A stretch of 64,000 bases of DNA from Octopus vulgaris (Eukaryota). Shown piece after piece: positions 51,133 to 64,000 of the stretch (position 1 is its first letter; each line of letters begins with the position of its first letter). The stretch lies in NCBI GenBank assembly GCA_951406725.2, contig OX597816.1, positions 15,748,001 through 15,812,000 on the forward strand, read 5' to 3'. The translations under genes were made by a program, and so were the position numbers. The notes under the pieces were generated by a model. It saw nothing but the letters and a program-made list of their open reading frames with translations. It was not told where the DNA came from and searched no databases.

Positions 51133-52000
51133 CACCCCTATGAATTAGCAAAGTAAGGACATATGTGTTCATACACATGTCTATATATTTCTTTTTCCAA
51201 TGGTCTTAACATTTTGACTTATACCAGCTGACTCTTCACTTTTAAGAATTGTTTTATAAAATATGTAAAAAAAAAAAATTAAATAAAAAAAATTTAAAAA
51301 GAGAATAAAATTTGTTGTTCTTTGGACATGAAAAATAATCAAAGACAACTCTATTCTTCAGAACTGACATCTTGAAGCTTCCAAAATTCCCTATCTTTTT
51401 TTTTTTATTATTCCTGTCCTATTAATAATATTAAAATATAAAAAAAAAAAATTAACAACAAAGGAAAATAAATTTGTCTAAGATTTCTGTTTTCTTTTCC
51501 AACATTCTACAATATATTAATGTCTGCTTTAACCAAATCCTGATCCGCCCTTATAAATGGAGACTTAAGTAAAAAGCAAAACAAATTATTGAAAACGAAA
51601 ATTAAATAAAAAAAATCATCTCCAATCGGTTTGTATTCTTGGGTGTTTTGTGCAAATTTTGGTTGGAATAATGACATTAAAAAAAAAAGAATAAAAAAGA
51701 GATACACATTTGAATAAAAAAAAAAGACGTTTGTATTCTTTAATGTTTGTACCCTAAACATTATTTTTTTTTATATATATTATTCTGTATGATTTACCAA
51801 AATTCCATTCCTTAATCCATTGTTTCTTCCTTGTATAATTTGAAATTAAGGAACAGAAATAATTTCATCTAAAAATTTTATGTTTTATTCAACTTGGTGA
51901 TTGGGGAGGGAAAGAAAATTACGTTTTTTTTTTTTTAATTTCAATTTTTTTTTTTCCCATGAAATTTTTGTTTCACTTATCACAATTTTATTAAATATTT
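50151..52000 (+). other. Putative 3'UTR of the TNF-ligand gene
   Basis: Follows the stop codon; AT-rich, almost free of SINEs unlike its surroundings; many AATAAA hexamers and a distal ATTAAA at 51990. The end point is inferred. Confidence 0.55.
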
Positions 52001-53229
52001 CAAAATACTAAAAGATTGTTCATTTGCCTTATTTATTTATCGTTATCTTCTTTTTATAATGAAAATCATTTGCTGCTGTTTAGTCTCCACCTTCAGCAAG
52101 TATCTCTGATCAAATAAACCAATAGATCAAAAGTTTTCTAGTCACAACTGTCCTATCTTTCTATCCAATGTATCTTAGTTCAGTCATTGGACTGTGACCA
52201 TGCTGGGGCACCATCTCAATTTTTTTTTTTTTTTAAACAAATAGACTCCAGTACTTATTTTTATTTTTAAAGTTTCATACTTATTCTATCAGTCTTATGC
52301 TGAACAACTAATTTATAGGGATGTAAACAAACCAACACCAGTTGTCAAGTGGTTGCTAGTGGGATGACACATGCATGTATATGACTGGCTTCCACACAAT
52401 TTCCTATTTCTTTATTGCCCACAAGGGGCTAAACATAGAGGGGACAAAAAAGGACAGACAAACGGATCAAGTCAATTATATTGACCCCAGTGCATAGCTG
52501 GTACTTAATTGATCAACCCTGAAAGGATGAAAGGCAAAGTTGACCTCGGTGGAATTTGAACTCAGAACATAGTGGCAGATGAAATACCGCTAAGCATTTC
52601 ACCTGGCATGCTAACGTTTCTGCCAGGTCGCCACCCTTGTTTTGTTCTGGCCCCTTCAACTTTAACCTCTTATTCCTCAGCATAAACCACCTCTTACTAC
52701 TGGATCCCTGCTCATTTTAGTCTCGCAAGCTGCATGACAACCTCACTAGTGTTGACGTCATGAAGAAAGCACCCAGTACATTCAGTAAAGTGGTTTGCAT
52801 TAGGAAGAGCACCCAGCAGGAGAAACCAGGCCAAAGTAGACAGAGTACAAGGCCAGTCTTCAAAACCATCAGATCCTGTCAAAGCATCCAACGCCTTCCA
52901 TACCAGCATGGAACAGAGACGTTAAATGATGCTGACACCGATTAAGTATAATCTTGCTAAAATATTTAAATCAATTCAGGTGTGTTATAAGAATTTATTT
53001 TATGAAACAGTTACACACATATACCCAGGCTTATTCCCTATTTTTTTAGGAGGGGGTAGCCACAACAAGACATACACCAGGCATTCCATTCATTTCCCAG
53101 CTCAAAGAAGTGAGCCCCATCCTATGCTTAGGTCAAGGCATAGAACACAAGCCCCAATATCAGCAGCAGGGCCCAAAAGCATATGCTGGTTTCATACCCC
53201 TTTGAGTAACATCAAATTCACTCATCCAT

Positions 53230-53582
53230 CCACAAACACTAAGCTTTCCTATCATTTATAAACTCTCTTGCCTCTCTTACTCCAACACCTCTAACCATCA
53301 AAGCTTTCCTCTCACTATCCATTCATACAAACCGGGGTCTGCCTCTGGTTCTGCTGCCTACCACTTCTACCTTCATCATCCTCCTTACCATCCACTCCTC
53401 ATCCATCCTCTCCATGTGGCCAAACCACCTCAACATTTGTCTATCCATTTTGGTTGTTAGTTTTTCTCTCATTCCTGCTTGCCTTCACACCTCCTCATCC
53501 CTCACCCTGTCCATCCATATCGCATCAACCATAGCCCTCAAACATCTCCTCTCAAACACATCTAGTTGCCTCCTTTCCGCTG
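53230..53582 (-). pseudogene. RTE LINE ORF C-terminal remnant
   Basis: Minus strand AERRQLDVFERRCLRAM...WMDRVRDEEV*...MLRWFGHMERMDEE...RTRGRPRFVWMD; LRWFGH and RGRPR.W are RTE hallmarks. Confidence 0.88.
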
Positions 53583-54084
53583 GTTCATAGGCTTTATCTG
53601 AGAGACACATTCCTGGGAAAATAACATAATTGTCCTACAAGAACTTAGAAAATATAAAACAAACTATCATTAGGCTTCATCATCATCATTTAACGTCTGC
53701 TTTCCATGCTGGCATGGGTTGGGCAGTTTGACAGGGACTGGCAAGCTGGAAAGCTGCATCAGGCCCCAATTGTTTAGGTACGGTTTTTGCAGCTGGATCC
53801 CTGTCCTAATGCCAACCACTTTACAGAGTGTACTGGGTGCCTTTTACATGTCACCAACATGAGACTGAAAATGAAAAGCATGTCAGATTTTTTTTTTCTG
53901 CCACCAAAATATGGAGGAAGACACTGTGAAAGAGAAGTATCACTGTCCTCAATGTATAAGTAACCTCAAAGAACTTGGAAATTTAGTTAGCAATTTAATT
54001 ATCCTATTAGTTGAAACCAACAAAAAAAATTCTTGAGAATATTTTTGTTTTTTCCGCCAGAATAAGAAAAGGACACTACTGAAA

Positions 54085-54117
<33 letters not shown>

Positions 54118-54120
<3 letters not shown>

Positions 54121-54320
54121 AGAGTTTACAAAAAAAACAAACAAAAGACGAAGATGGGTGGTGTACAAAACAAACAGATGTATTAGTATAATGCTCAGGA
54201 ATAGAAAAAGTCTTTTATGTTTCGAGCTTACGCTCTTCTACAGAAAGGGACACAGAAAAAAACAAAGACAGAAACAGGGAGAGAAAAAATGAGCGTAGTG
54301 GCTAACGATGTATCATGGCG
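54118..54320 (-). mobile_element. Hammerhead-like-core repeat, copy 3
   Basis: gtttcgagcttacgctcttctacag at 54219-54243; abuts (TA)n on both sides. Confidence 0.55.
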
Positions 54321-55139
54321 ATTATATATATATATATATGTAGTTCGGCTCAACTTACAAAAAAAATGTCAAAAAGTAATTATTTCAACTGCTTTGTATA
54401 CGGACATACTTTCAGTTCTCATTTAGAAAGTGCACACACACACACCCACTTCATTGTTCTGTTATCTGCATACCTCTTCCCTACCTGTCCTCATTTCTGC
54501 TCCATTCTCTGCACCACTCAAAAATTTCATTCCCCGCCCCCCACACACACACAATTTTCCACATCTTTTTATATTTTTCTGCCAATCCATTGTTCTGACC
54601 ACTCCCTTCCAGTGGGTGGTCTTCTTACTATGTTTATATCCATCTTTGTTCCTATCTTCTTACTCTGTCTTATCCCCTACCCTAACATCTCTCTCACATG
54701 TTACTTCCTCCCACATCATACAGTCTCCCTCATGACCATGACATACTAGCTTTCCGCTCCCTCACAATTCACATTTACCTCTTGATACTTTCTCATTTGC
54801 ATTTTCCCAAATTCTAATGTTAATACCTTTATCTCTCTCCCTCTCTTTCTCTCTCTCTCTCTCTCTCTGAAGAAGAAGACAAGCATACAAAAATGTTACA
54901 CTTCTTCCTCACAGCATAAAACACATCCTGCAACTTAAACTATTCCTATCCTTTTCTCAGTTTGTTATCTAAAGAAGAAGAGATGTTAAAATTACAAGTC
55001 TGGTTTCTCCTCTTTAAATAATCACTCAGCAATGTAATCCTGAATGATTATAACCATCAATTGTAATCAAGAATAACTTTGCATCAGCATGTAGTTACAG
55101 GCAGATACAACCACTCTCTCAGCCAGTTTGAGTCATTAT

Positions 55140-56000
55140 TAGCCTGTGAAGTAGAGTAGTTTCTATATCTAGGCAACTTTTTATCAAACAAGTGCCCCTC
55201 AGAAAAGGATGCGGAACACAGAATTGGAGCTGCATAGGGGGCATTTGGAAAGTTAACCAAAGACATTTCTAACAACACAACGCTGTGACACCCTAACTGG
55301 CTCGAATTTTATGCCTCTGGAGATGTGAACCCTATACTTCAGAACATTCTGAATTCAGTATGGGCATGTGCAGCATCGGTACCACACAAGCACAAAAAAA
55401 ACAAACATTTCTAACAACAAAGGATCTTAACTTAACAACAAAGATTATGGTTTATGATGCTGTTGTCATCCCAACCTTGCTATACAGCTGTGAAACCTGG
55501 ACTAGGTTATTGCAACATCCAAAAATTAGAACATTTTCACCAACAAAAGCTTTATTCAGTTTTGAGCACCAAATGGGAACACTATGGGTCTAACAACAAA
55601 GTCCTGGAAAGAGCCACTAATCAAAGTATCGAATTGCTGATCATCAAACACTAACCTTCAGTGGTCAGGACATGTAGCAAGAATGGAAAAGTCGAGGTTC
55701 CTACACCAAATCTTATTCAGTGAGCTCACTTCAGGAAAAAGACCCTCTTCAAAGATACATGGACCAACTCTAAGCAACACTGTAAGCCACTGGGATTGAT
55801 CTTAAATTGTTTGAAACGCAAGCCTGAAACTGTACCGAGTGGTGGTGTTCCATCATCATCAGAACCAAAAACTTCAAAGCCACCAGAAAAGAAAAGGAGG
55901 AAATCAGATGACAGGTGAGAAGGGCTCAACAAGATCAACCTCATCCTCCACCAACATTGCCAAGCAGTCAATACCATCAATTCTTCTGGTCTACAGAGTC
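55140..56000 (+). pseudogene. Degraded RTE (BovB-like) reverse transcriptase C-terminal region
   Basis: FLYLG, RIGAA*GAFGKL, TKIMVYDAVVIPTLLYSCETWT, KLEHFHQ, WSGHVARM motifs with frameshifts and stops. Confidence 0.88.
55278..55404 (+). mobile_element. 127-nt retroposed insert with A-rich tail and 15-bp TSD
   Basis: acatttctaacaaca at 55263-55277 and 55405-55419; interrupts the RTE fossil. Confidence 0.8.
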
Positions 56001-56929
56001 ATCAATGGCATTACCATAAAGGAAGTGTTCAGAAAAAAGAAGAAACTCAATTCTCAGATACTAGATAAAGACACCGCTGATGGATGGCATTAGTAAGGGC
56101 ATCCAGCTATAGAAGCCATGCCAGAGAAGAGAATGGAATATGATGCAGTCATCTGACCCATCAGATCTAGTCAAGCCATCAAACCCATGCCAACATGAAA
56201 GGCAGGCATAAAAAGATGATAAAGTTGAGGATGTGGACAATCGGGAGAAAAATGGTAGCTGACAGGATTAAAAAGTTTCAGATACAATTGTTTTTCTTCT
56301 GTTTAAAAACACGACGCAAATCCTACAAGAACAGATTTTTCTCTTTTGTGTGTTACATTCATATGTAAACTTAATATATTCAATATGAACCTTAAAATGA
56401 ATTTACATGAGTCGCAGTAATTAGAATCTAATTCCTCTAATTATCAAACAATTTTGCTGTTCCTTTGTCTGTGTAATAGACATATGCTCAGAATCACAAA
56501 AGAGTAAAATAAATGAGCTTGATACAGGTCCCTGCCTAAATCATGAAATCTCTTCTCTTCCTCACAACAAAGAAATATCTAAAACGGCTTGTCAAGTCTG
56601 CCTCGTGGGCTCTTATCTCGTTGAGGGTAGACAAAGGTAATTTAAGTAGCAGTAATTTGCTGGATTCAAATTCTATAGACTGTATCCAGCCTCCTTTCCA
56701 TATAAAAATTAGCCTTATGTATAGTCAGAAGAAATCAATATAAGCAAACATTAACATATGCTATGGTGAATAGAATCAGTTAAAATATACAATGGAGGAG
56801 ATGATTCCATTCATTCATGAAATAATCTATATTCAAATCTCAGTGAAGTAAACTGTCTCATGTATTGACGTAATTTTGGGTGTAACCCCCCAATCTGACC
56901 GACTAAATATCGCATCATGTGTTACCATG

Positions 56930-56998
56930 TATACATACATACATAGACACACGTGTGTGTGTGTGTATATATATACATATACATATATACACATATAC

Positions 56999-57029
<31 letters not shown>

Positions 57030-57350
57030 CACATATACATACATACATATACACTCATACATATACACACACACACATGTATATATATATACACACATAC
57101 ACACATATACACACATACACACATATACACACATACACATATATATATACACATACATATATATATATACACATACACACATATATATATATACATACAC
57201 ACATACATATACACATACACGCATACATATACACATACACACATATATATATATATACACACACACATATATATATACACATACACACATACATATACAC
57301 ATACACACATACATATACACATACACATACACACATACACACATACATAT

Positions 57351-57391
<41 letters not shown>

Positions 57392-57490
57392 CACACATAC
57401 ATATATACACATATATATATATATACACATACAATCATGTCTACATGAATAGACATATATATGTATGTGTATACATATATGCACACATAA
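56930..57490. repeat. Long (TA/CA/TACA) compound microsatellite
   Basis: Directly visible; source of several spurious ORFs. Confidence 0.97.
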
Positions 57491-58059
57491 GCATATAGAG
57501 GGAGAGAGAAAGAGAGAGGTGTGTAACCTTGAATTGCAAGGATACTATAGGCTTTTTATTTTACTGTCAGAAAAATATCAATAAAATAGAAAATTACGTG
57601 TTTTATTTAATGTTTATCAAATGCATAGCAGCTGGTAACACTACAAAGATCTTACAATAAAAATCCTGGCTTTTTTGCTTATATTATGTTTCAAACTTTT
57701 GATTTTTATTATATCTATTTTACATTAATGTTTGAACATGCTTAAATCACATACATTTATGTACAGTAAACAGAGAATGTCTACTTCAATATGATGATAT
57801 AACCAAAAGCAAAACAAAAAACCCCTGCTTTTAGTCTACGTTTTGTATCATTTTGTCCATGTTTGTATCATCGTGAAACTATAATTATAATATAAGCCAA
57901 CAGACGAACATTTATGTAGACACATGGTCTACTAGAAATAGCAGCCAAATATCCTTCTCAACACATCCTACTGTTTTAAACTGGAAGAACATTGGATAAT
58001 GTACTCCTTGATGTATTGGCCAGACCAACAGATGTTATACACCACTGGTTACAATGCGC

Positions 58060-58260
58060 TTCCAATTCTGTCTTGATTGAACCATTCTTTTTCATTCCTT
58101 GACTAGATTGTCTTCCCATCATCATGGAGGCTTTCCAAATGACTTCTTCCAATCTCTTGGATACCATGTCTGTGAACCTTGCGACATGTCCAGCCCAGTG
58201 GAATTTGACTGGAATGTCTTTAATCATAAGTTTGGTTAATTGGTGTTGGATCAAGACTAA
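58060..58260 (-). pseudogene. Short RTE-like remnant
   Basis: KFHWAGHVARFTD motif in tracked ORF 57976-58254. Confidence 0.55.
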
Positions 58261-58360
58261 ATAAGAATCAAGCCTGCGAAAACTTAGCTCTCACTCATAA
58301 GTCAGTATGATTTGGTAGAAAGAACCATTCTTTTATCAATTACTTTTCAAGTGCCTGTGT

Positions 58361-58530
58361 TAGTGGTTCTCATCCATGGCTCTCAAGGACACACGCAACC
58401 CTCAAGCATCCTTCCTGCAGATCTTGATCTTCCATCTATAAATATAATTTTGCATTTTACTTTTGTGTGACCTAAAAGAAATCCAGATTTGGGCTCTGGC
58501 CTCGATATGAAAAAGTGTTGAAAATCACTG
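58361..58530. mobile_element. hAT MITE
   Basis: tAGTGGTTCTCA...TTGAAAATCACTG; TSD gcctgtgt/gtctatgt. Confidence 0.6.
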
Positions 58531-58680
58531 GTCTATGTAGTTGTGGGCAGGCTTAGACACCCTCTTAGCTCCCTCATAATTGATTCAGTAGAAAGAGAGA
58601 ATTCTTCACACCAAAAGTCAGTTGGAACTCCTTTTCATTTGAGTAAACATAAGCAATGTCAAATAAAGTGCCTTGCTTAA

Positions 58681-59212
58681 CTCTCTTATTGCCATATCTC
58701 TGTTGAAATGTGCTGCCTTTGTTTCAATTCATCATCATCATTTAACATCTACTTTCCATGCTAGCATGGGTTGGACGATTTGACTGAGGGCTGGCAAACC
58801 AGATGGCTGCATCAGGCTCCAATCTTGATCTGGCAGAGTTTCTACAGCTGGATGCCCTTCCTAATGCCAACCACTCCGAGAGTGTAGTGGGTGCTTTTAC
58901 TTGCCACTGGCACGAGGGCCAGTCAGGCGGTACTGGCAACGGCCACACTCAAATGGTGTTTTTTACATGCACAAGAGCCAATCCAGCAGCACTGGCAATG
59001 ACTCGCTTGAATGCTTTTTCACGAGCCACCGGCACAAGTGCCAGTAAGGCGATGCTAGTCATCTTCACAATAACAAAGAATTCAATAAAGCTGGTGTCTG
59101 CAACATAAATAAATATGACTATTTGATGTAAGGTTTTTAACTTAGACCACTTTAAAACAGAACGTTTGTACCAAAGTCCAAGGGCAGTCTCAGACAGGAT
59201 GGTATCAAAGGG
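58681..59212. mobile_element. Possible piggyBac-type MITE with nested RTE 3'UTR fragment (58729-59060)
   Basis: TTAA|ctctctt...tatcaaaggg|tcaa degenerate termini. Confidence 0.4.
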
Positions 59213-61515
59213 TCAAAGACACAAAATGACACCCAGTTCAGAAACTGAACCAAGATCTTAGGATCATGACAGCTACATCCCAACCACTCAGCCATGTGCC
59301 TTTAACTAGCAAGCAACTAAAATGTGTATTTAAAGAAGGTGCTTCAGCATGGCCAGAGGTTGGGGAAAGAACAATAAAAGTGATTATTTCAAGCATCCAA
59401 GCATCGTTTTTGAGATAGAAAGAGAAAGGCACCTCATTACATTGCATTCATGCAATGTAATCTCAGTTTATATTGAAGAGTCTTTGCAGTCAATTCATTT
59501 ATTATAACAAGTGCTTCTCATTAAAAATCCAGTTTTATAAATTTCTTCATTTCTACTTTGATAAATTTATAGATATTCATAACATTGATTATGTTAAAAA
59601 TTTGAATGAATTAAGTTTGATTATGTTGAGTGTTAATGGAGGAATGGAATGGCATCTTGGATGTACACTTGCCTTGTTAAGGTTCTTTGAAGGATAACAC
59701 TTGAACACATAAATGCTATGACAAGCAGAATGATATAATAGGATTAAAACACTTCTTGACTGATATTTTATTGTCTTCAAAAAATGAATGGCAAAGATGA
59801 CCTTGACAAGATTTGAACTCAGAATGTAAAAAGCCACAAGAAGTTCTACAAAATATTTCCCCTGACACTCTAACGATACTGCCAACTTACCACCTTAATG
59901 TTTCTAATATAGGCCTGAAATTTGGGGGAGAGACAAGCTGACTACATCAATCCCACAACCTACCTAACTGGTACTTATTTTCGTAAAAACAATAAACGTC
60001 ACCTTTTCAAGCCTATCCAGGCTCATGGGCCCGGTTTCTGTGGCATATGTGTTTCTCCCAGCTGGACGAGACACCAGTCCATCGCAGCATTACTCAAGAA
60101 ACAGGAAGAAAGAGTGAGAGAAAGTTGGGGCAAAAGAGTACAACAGTGGTCGCCACCACCCACTGCTGGAGCCTCGTGGAGCTTTTAGGTGTTTTCGCTC
60201 AATAAACACACACAACGCAAGGTCTGGGAATCAAAACCATTATCCTCCAACAGCGAGTCCGCAGCCCTAACCACTGGGCCATTGCGCCTCCACTTATTTT
60301 TATGGCCCCATAAAAATGAAAAACCTTGAAAGGATTTGAACTCAGAACATTGAGCCATGAGAATTTCCACAAAGTATTTTTCTCCAATGTGCTAATGAGT
60401 CTGCCAGTTTACTACTTTGATAATAATGGTTTCAATTTTTAGCACAAGGCCAACAGGTTCAGGGGGATGGGAAAGTTGATTAACATCAACCTCAGTGTCC
60501 CGAAAGGATAAAAGTTAAAGTCAACCTCAATGGAATTCGATCTCAGAATGTAAAGAGGGACCAAACACCACCAAGCATTTCGCATGGCATGCTAACAATT
60601 CTGCCAGCTTGCCACCTTAATAATAATAATAATAATAATAATGACAATAATAATAATAATGGTTTCAAATTTGGGTACAAGGCCAGCAATTTGAGGAAAG
60701 CAGGGCAGGCTGATCACATCGGTCCCCAGGGCTTGAGTGGTACTTTATTACCATCTGGAAGGATGAAAAGCAAAGATGACTAGAGGAGAAGTTGAACCTA
60801 GAATGCAAAGTACTAGAACAAATGCAAAATTCCACAAACTCGGTACATGCCTATGGTTCATCAATCACAACATAATAAACCATCCATAGAAAGGATTTGG
60901 GTGGAAGATAGACCATCTGATCACTGGAACACATCTTTTCCAAAAGAATCACGGAAGTAGACATAGCAATCATCATTATTTAGTAGCCATTTCCCATGCA
61001 GGCATAGACTGGAAGGTTTAACAGGACCTGATGAGCTGCAAGGCTGCATCAAGCTCCAATGTCATCTTCAGCTTGGTTTCTACAGCTGGATTGCCATTCC
61101 TAATGCCAACCACTTTACAGAGTGTATTGGCTGTTGTGTATGTAATGAACCAAAGTGATAGGTGTATATCTTTTATCTTTTACCTGTGTCAGCCACTAGC
61201 CTGTGGTCATACTGGGTCACTGCCTTGAAGCATTGTCAGTCAAACAAACTGACCACAGTACTTCACTGAACTGCTAATTTTATGGGGTTATAAACACACT
61301 AGCACTGGTTGTCAAGTGGTGGTGGTGGTGGTGTGGAGGGGACAAACACATGCACCCAGTTTCCATCTACCAAATCCACTCAAGGCTTTAGTTGGCTCAA
61401 GGCTATAGTTGAAGACACTTGTCCAAGGTGCCACACAGTGGGACTGAACCCAGAACCATGTGGCTGGGAAGCAAGTTCTTACCACACAGCTAACCCTGTG
61501 TCTATGTATTATCAA

Positions 61516-61698
61516 CATCATCGTTTAACGTCCACTTTCCATGCTAGCATGGGTTGGACGATTTGACTGAAGACTGGTAAACCAGATGGCTGCACCAGGC
61601 TCCAATCTTGATCTGGCAGAGTTCAAGATTAGAGCCTGGTGCAGCCATCTGGGTCACCAGCCCTCAGTCAAAATCGTCCAACCCATGCTAGCATGGAA
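61516..61698. repeat. Hairpin of two inverted RTE 3' ends
   Basis: Arms ~61537-61611 and 61623-61698; 11-nt loop; several mismatches. Confidence 0.88.
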
Positions 61699-62147
61699 CT
61701 AAAGAGATACATGTGTATATGTAACAAACTAAAGTGATAGGTATGAGAAAACTAGGCCAGATACAGCAGTCAGATGGTAATAATTACAGAGGTAATGTTT
61801 GCCTTCACCATCATAGCCTTTCAAGGACAGCTTCCTTTTAGTTTATTTTTGGATGAGAATCTCAGCCTTAATCACATCCTACTTCCTCCACAACTCAAAG
61901 TTTGGCCCAAACCAAACCAAAGTCAACATAATGGGACTGTTATTCCAGCAGCCCACAACACCAGTCAGCATGCACTTATCTTTCCAGGTGCTGAGCTACA
62001 AGTCCACCAACTTATTTAAGTTGTGCTCATCATCAATTTGTATTCTTTTTGTATGATGCAAACCATCTTGATTTTTATGGGGTCCAACATGAAACCCTTG
62101 ATCTCCATTCATCATCAAATGGCTTATTCCTATATAATAAGTAGACA

Positions 62148-62695
62148 GTAGGAGTGGCTGTGTGGTAAGTAGCTTGCTTACGAACCACATGGTTCAAGGT
62201 TCAGTCCCACTGCATGGGCACCTTGGGCAAGTGTCTTCTACTATAGCCTCAGGCCCACCAAAGCCTTGTGAGTGGAATTGGTAGATGGAAACTGAAAGAA
62301 GCCTGTCGTATATTAGTGCGTGTGTGTATGTATATATATGTGTGTGTGTGTGTGTGTGTTTGTCCCCCCCCCATCGCTTGATAACTGATGCTGATGTGTT
62401 TACAGCCCCGTAACTTAGCGGTTCGGCAAAAGACACCAATAGAATAAGTACTAGGGTTACAGAGAATAAGTCCTCAGGTTGATTTGCTCGACTAAAGGTG
62501 GTGCTCCAGCATGGCCACAGTCAAATGACTGAAACAAGTAAAAGAGTAAAGAGAGAAAGAGAGAGAGAGAGAGTATGAGACTAACTGCGAACTACAAAAC
62601 TCATAGTTCTCAATTACTGGTACAAACATTTATCTACCAGCATGTATAACACAAACCTTTCATCTGTAGCAAAAATCCAACCAAAACTCTGCGAG
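62148..62695 (+). mobile_element. SINE A with the same 3' extension as 35659-36166
   Basis: gtatgagactaactg...caaaactctgcgag shared between the two copies. Confidence 0.85.
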
Positions 62696-63019
62696 ATATC
62701 TTTTTCGTTTATTTTTTCCTTGTTTATTATTTGAAACCAATTCCAACCTATACATTAACTCGTTTATAACAAAATTTACATTTAGAAAACTTTATATATG
62801 TATTAGGTATTTACATGAATTTACATGTTCTGCCAGAAACTACTGACATGAAAGAATTAACGTTTCTTTTAAGTGGTCTTTGCAGCTGTAGAACTTCCAT
62901 TTTGTTGTAATCACAAGACAGCATTTCCCAAATTGATGGAGCGTTGTTAACTCGGAAGATATTTGTGGTGACTAAGTTTAATTATAAACATATGCATCAT
63001 CAACTTTTGATACATACAT

Positions 63020-63257
63020 GTGTGTGGGTGTATATGAGTGTGTGTGTGTATATGTGTAAATTTGTATGTATTTATGTCTATGTACATAGGTGTATATGTA
63101 TGTGTATATTTTAATGTACACACATATATATACATGCATACACATATATACATACATACATGCATATATATATACACATGTATATATATATATACACATG
63201 CATATATATATATATACACATGCATATATATACACATGCATATATATACACATACAC

Positions 63258-63348
<91 letters not shown>

Positions 63349-63439
63349 TATATATACACATACATACACATATATATATATACACATACATATATATATA
63401 CACACATATACACATACATATATATATATACACACACAG

Positions 63440-63488
<49 letters not shown>

Positions 63489-63525
63489 GACACACACATA
63501 TACACATACATATATATATATATAC

Positions 63526-63582
<57 letters not shown>

Positions 63583-63675
63583 TGCATATATATATATATA
63601 TATATATATATAAGCACACACATATGTATTTGCACACACATGTATATGTGTATTTAGAGATAGATAGATAGATAC
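63020..63675. repeat. Long (TA/CA) compound microsatellite
   Basis: Directly visible. Confidence 0.97.
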
Positions 63676-64000
63676 AATGATTTTATTTACACACGTTGCT
63701 CATGCTGACCTGAAAATCCGAAGAAACTAGAGAGAAGATTTGTTATCTAACTTCTCTTTCCCACCAGCAAGTAATTGGATGAGGAACATGCACTATTTTA
63801 ACCTTGGTTTCTTCCTGTTGTGTGGTATGTTTTCTTCTAAATTAATTCTGAAATTTTGCCTTCTCCAAGTTTATGCGTAAATTATAACTATGATATCCAC
63901 TCCTGCAAAACGTGTACACCGATAATAACATATCACACATATATACTTAGTCATATAGGCTTTCTGAGACAGCGACAACTTCAAATACTTTAAATCCTGC

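Noticed and set aside
56876-57498. Cluster of 140-190 aa ORFs (also 62947-63671, 12376-12759, 37184-37606)
   Set aside because: Translations of TA/CA/GATA microsatellites that lack stop codons; not genes.

Overview
This is eukaryotic, very AT-rich, microsatellite- and retroposon-dense DNA, not prokaryotic. The SINE and RTE repertoire looks like an octopus genome (inferred). Nearly all ORFs in the track are microsatellite or repeat artefacts. The one well-supported gene is a + strand TNF-superfamily ligand most similar to TRAIL/TNFSF10. It has a 99-nt phase 1-1 exon at 29092-29190 (PAAHMMG, strand A) spliced across a ~20.5-kb intron to a terminal exon at 49714-50150 encoding the rest of the TNF homology domain, followed by a SINE-free ~1.9-kb putative 3'UTR. 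Its 5' exons (TM/stalk) are only tentatively visible. The rest is transposon-derived: three tRNA-headed SINE families (A, B and C here), many 5'-truncated RTE LINE 3' ends, RTE and Helitron coding fossils, Tc1/mariner, hAT and piggyBac-type MITEs, and repeats with hammerhead-ribozyme-like cores. The most notable observations are a single TRAIL-Cys230-like cysteine, recurrent tail-outward hairpin retro-insertions, a tRNA-headed TSD-flanked element carrying a hammerhead core, a local duplication giving reciprocal empty sites, and an orphan 127-nt retroposed RNA. I cannot demonstrate a wholly new biological system from sequence alone. Repeat boundaries are approximate and family names come from recognition, not database searches.
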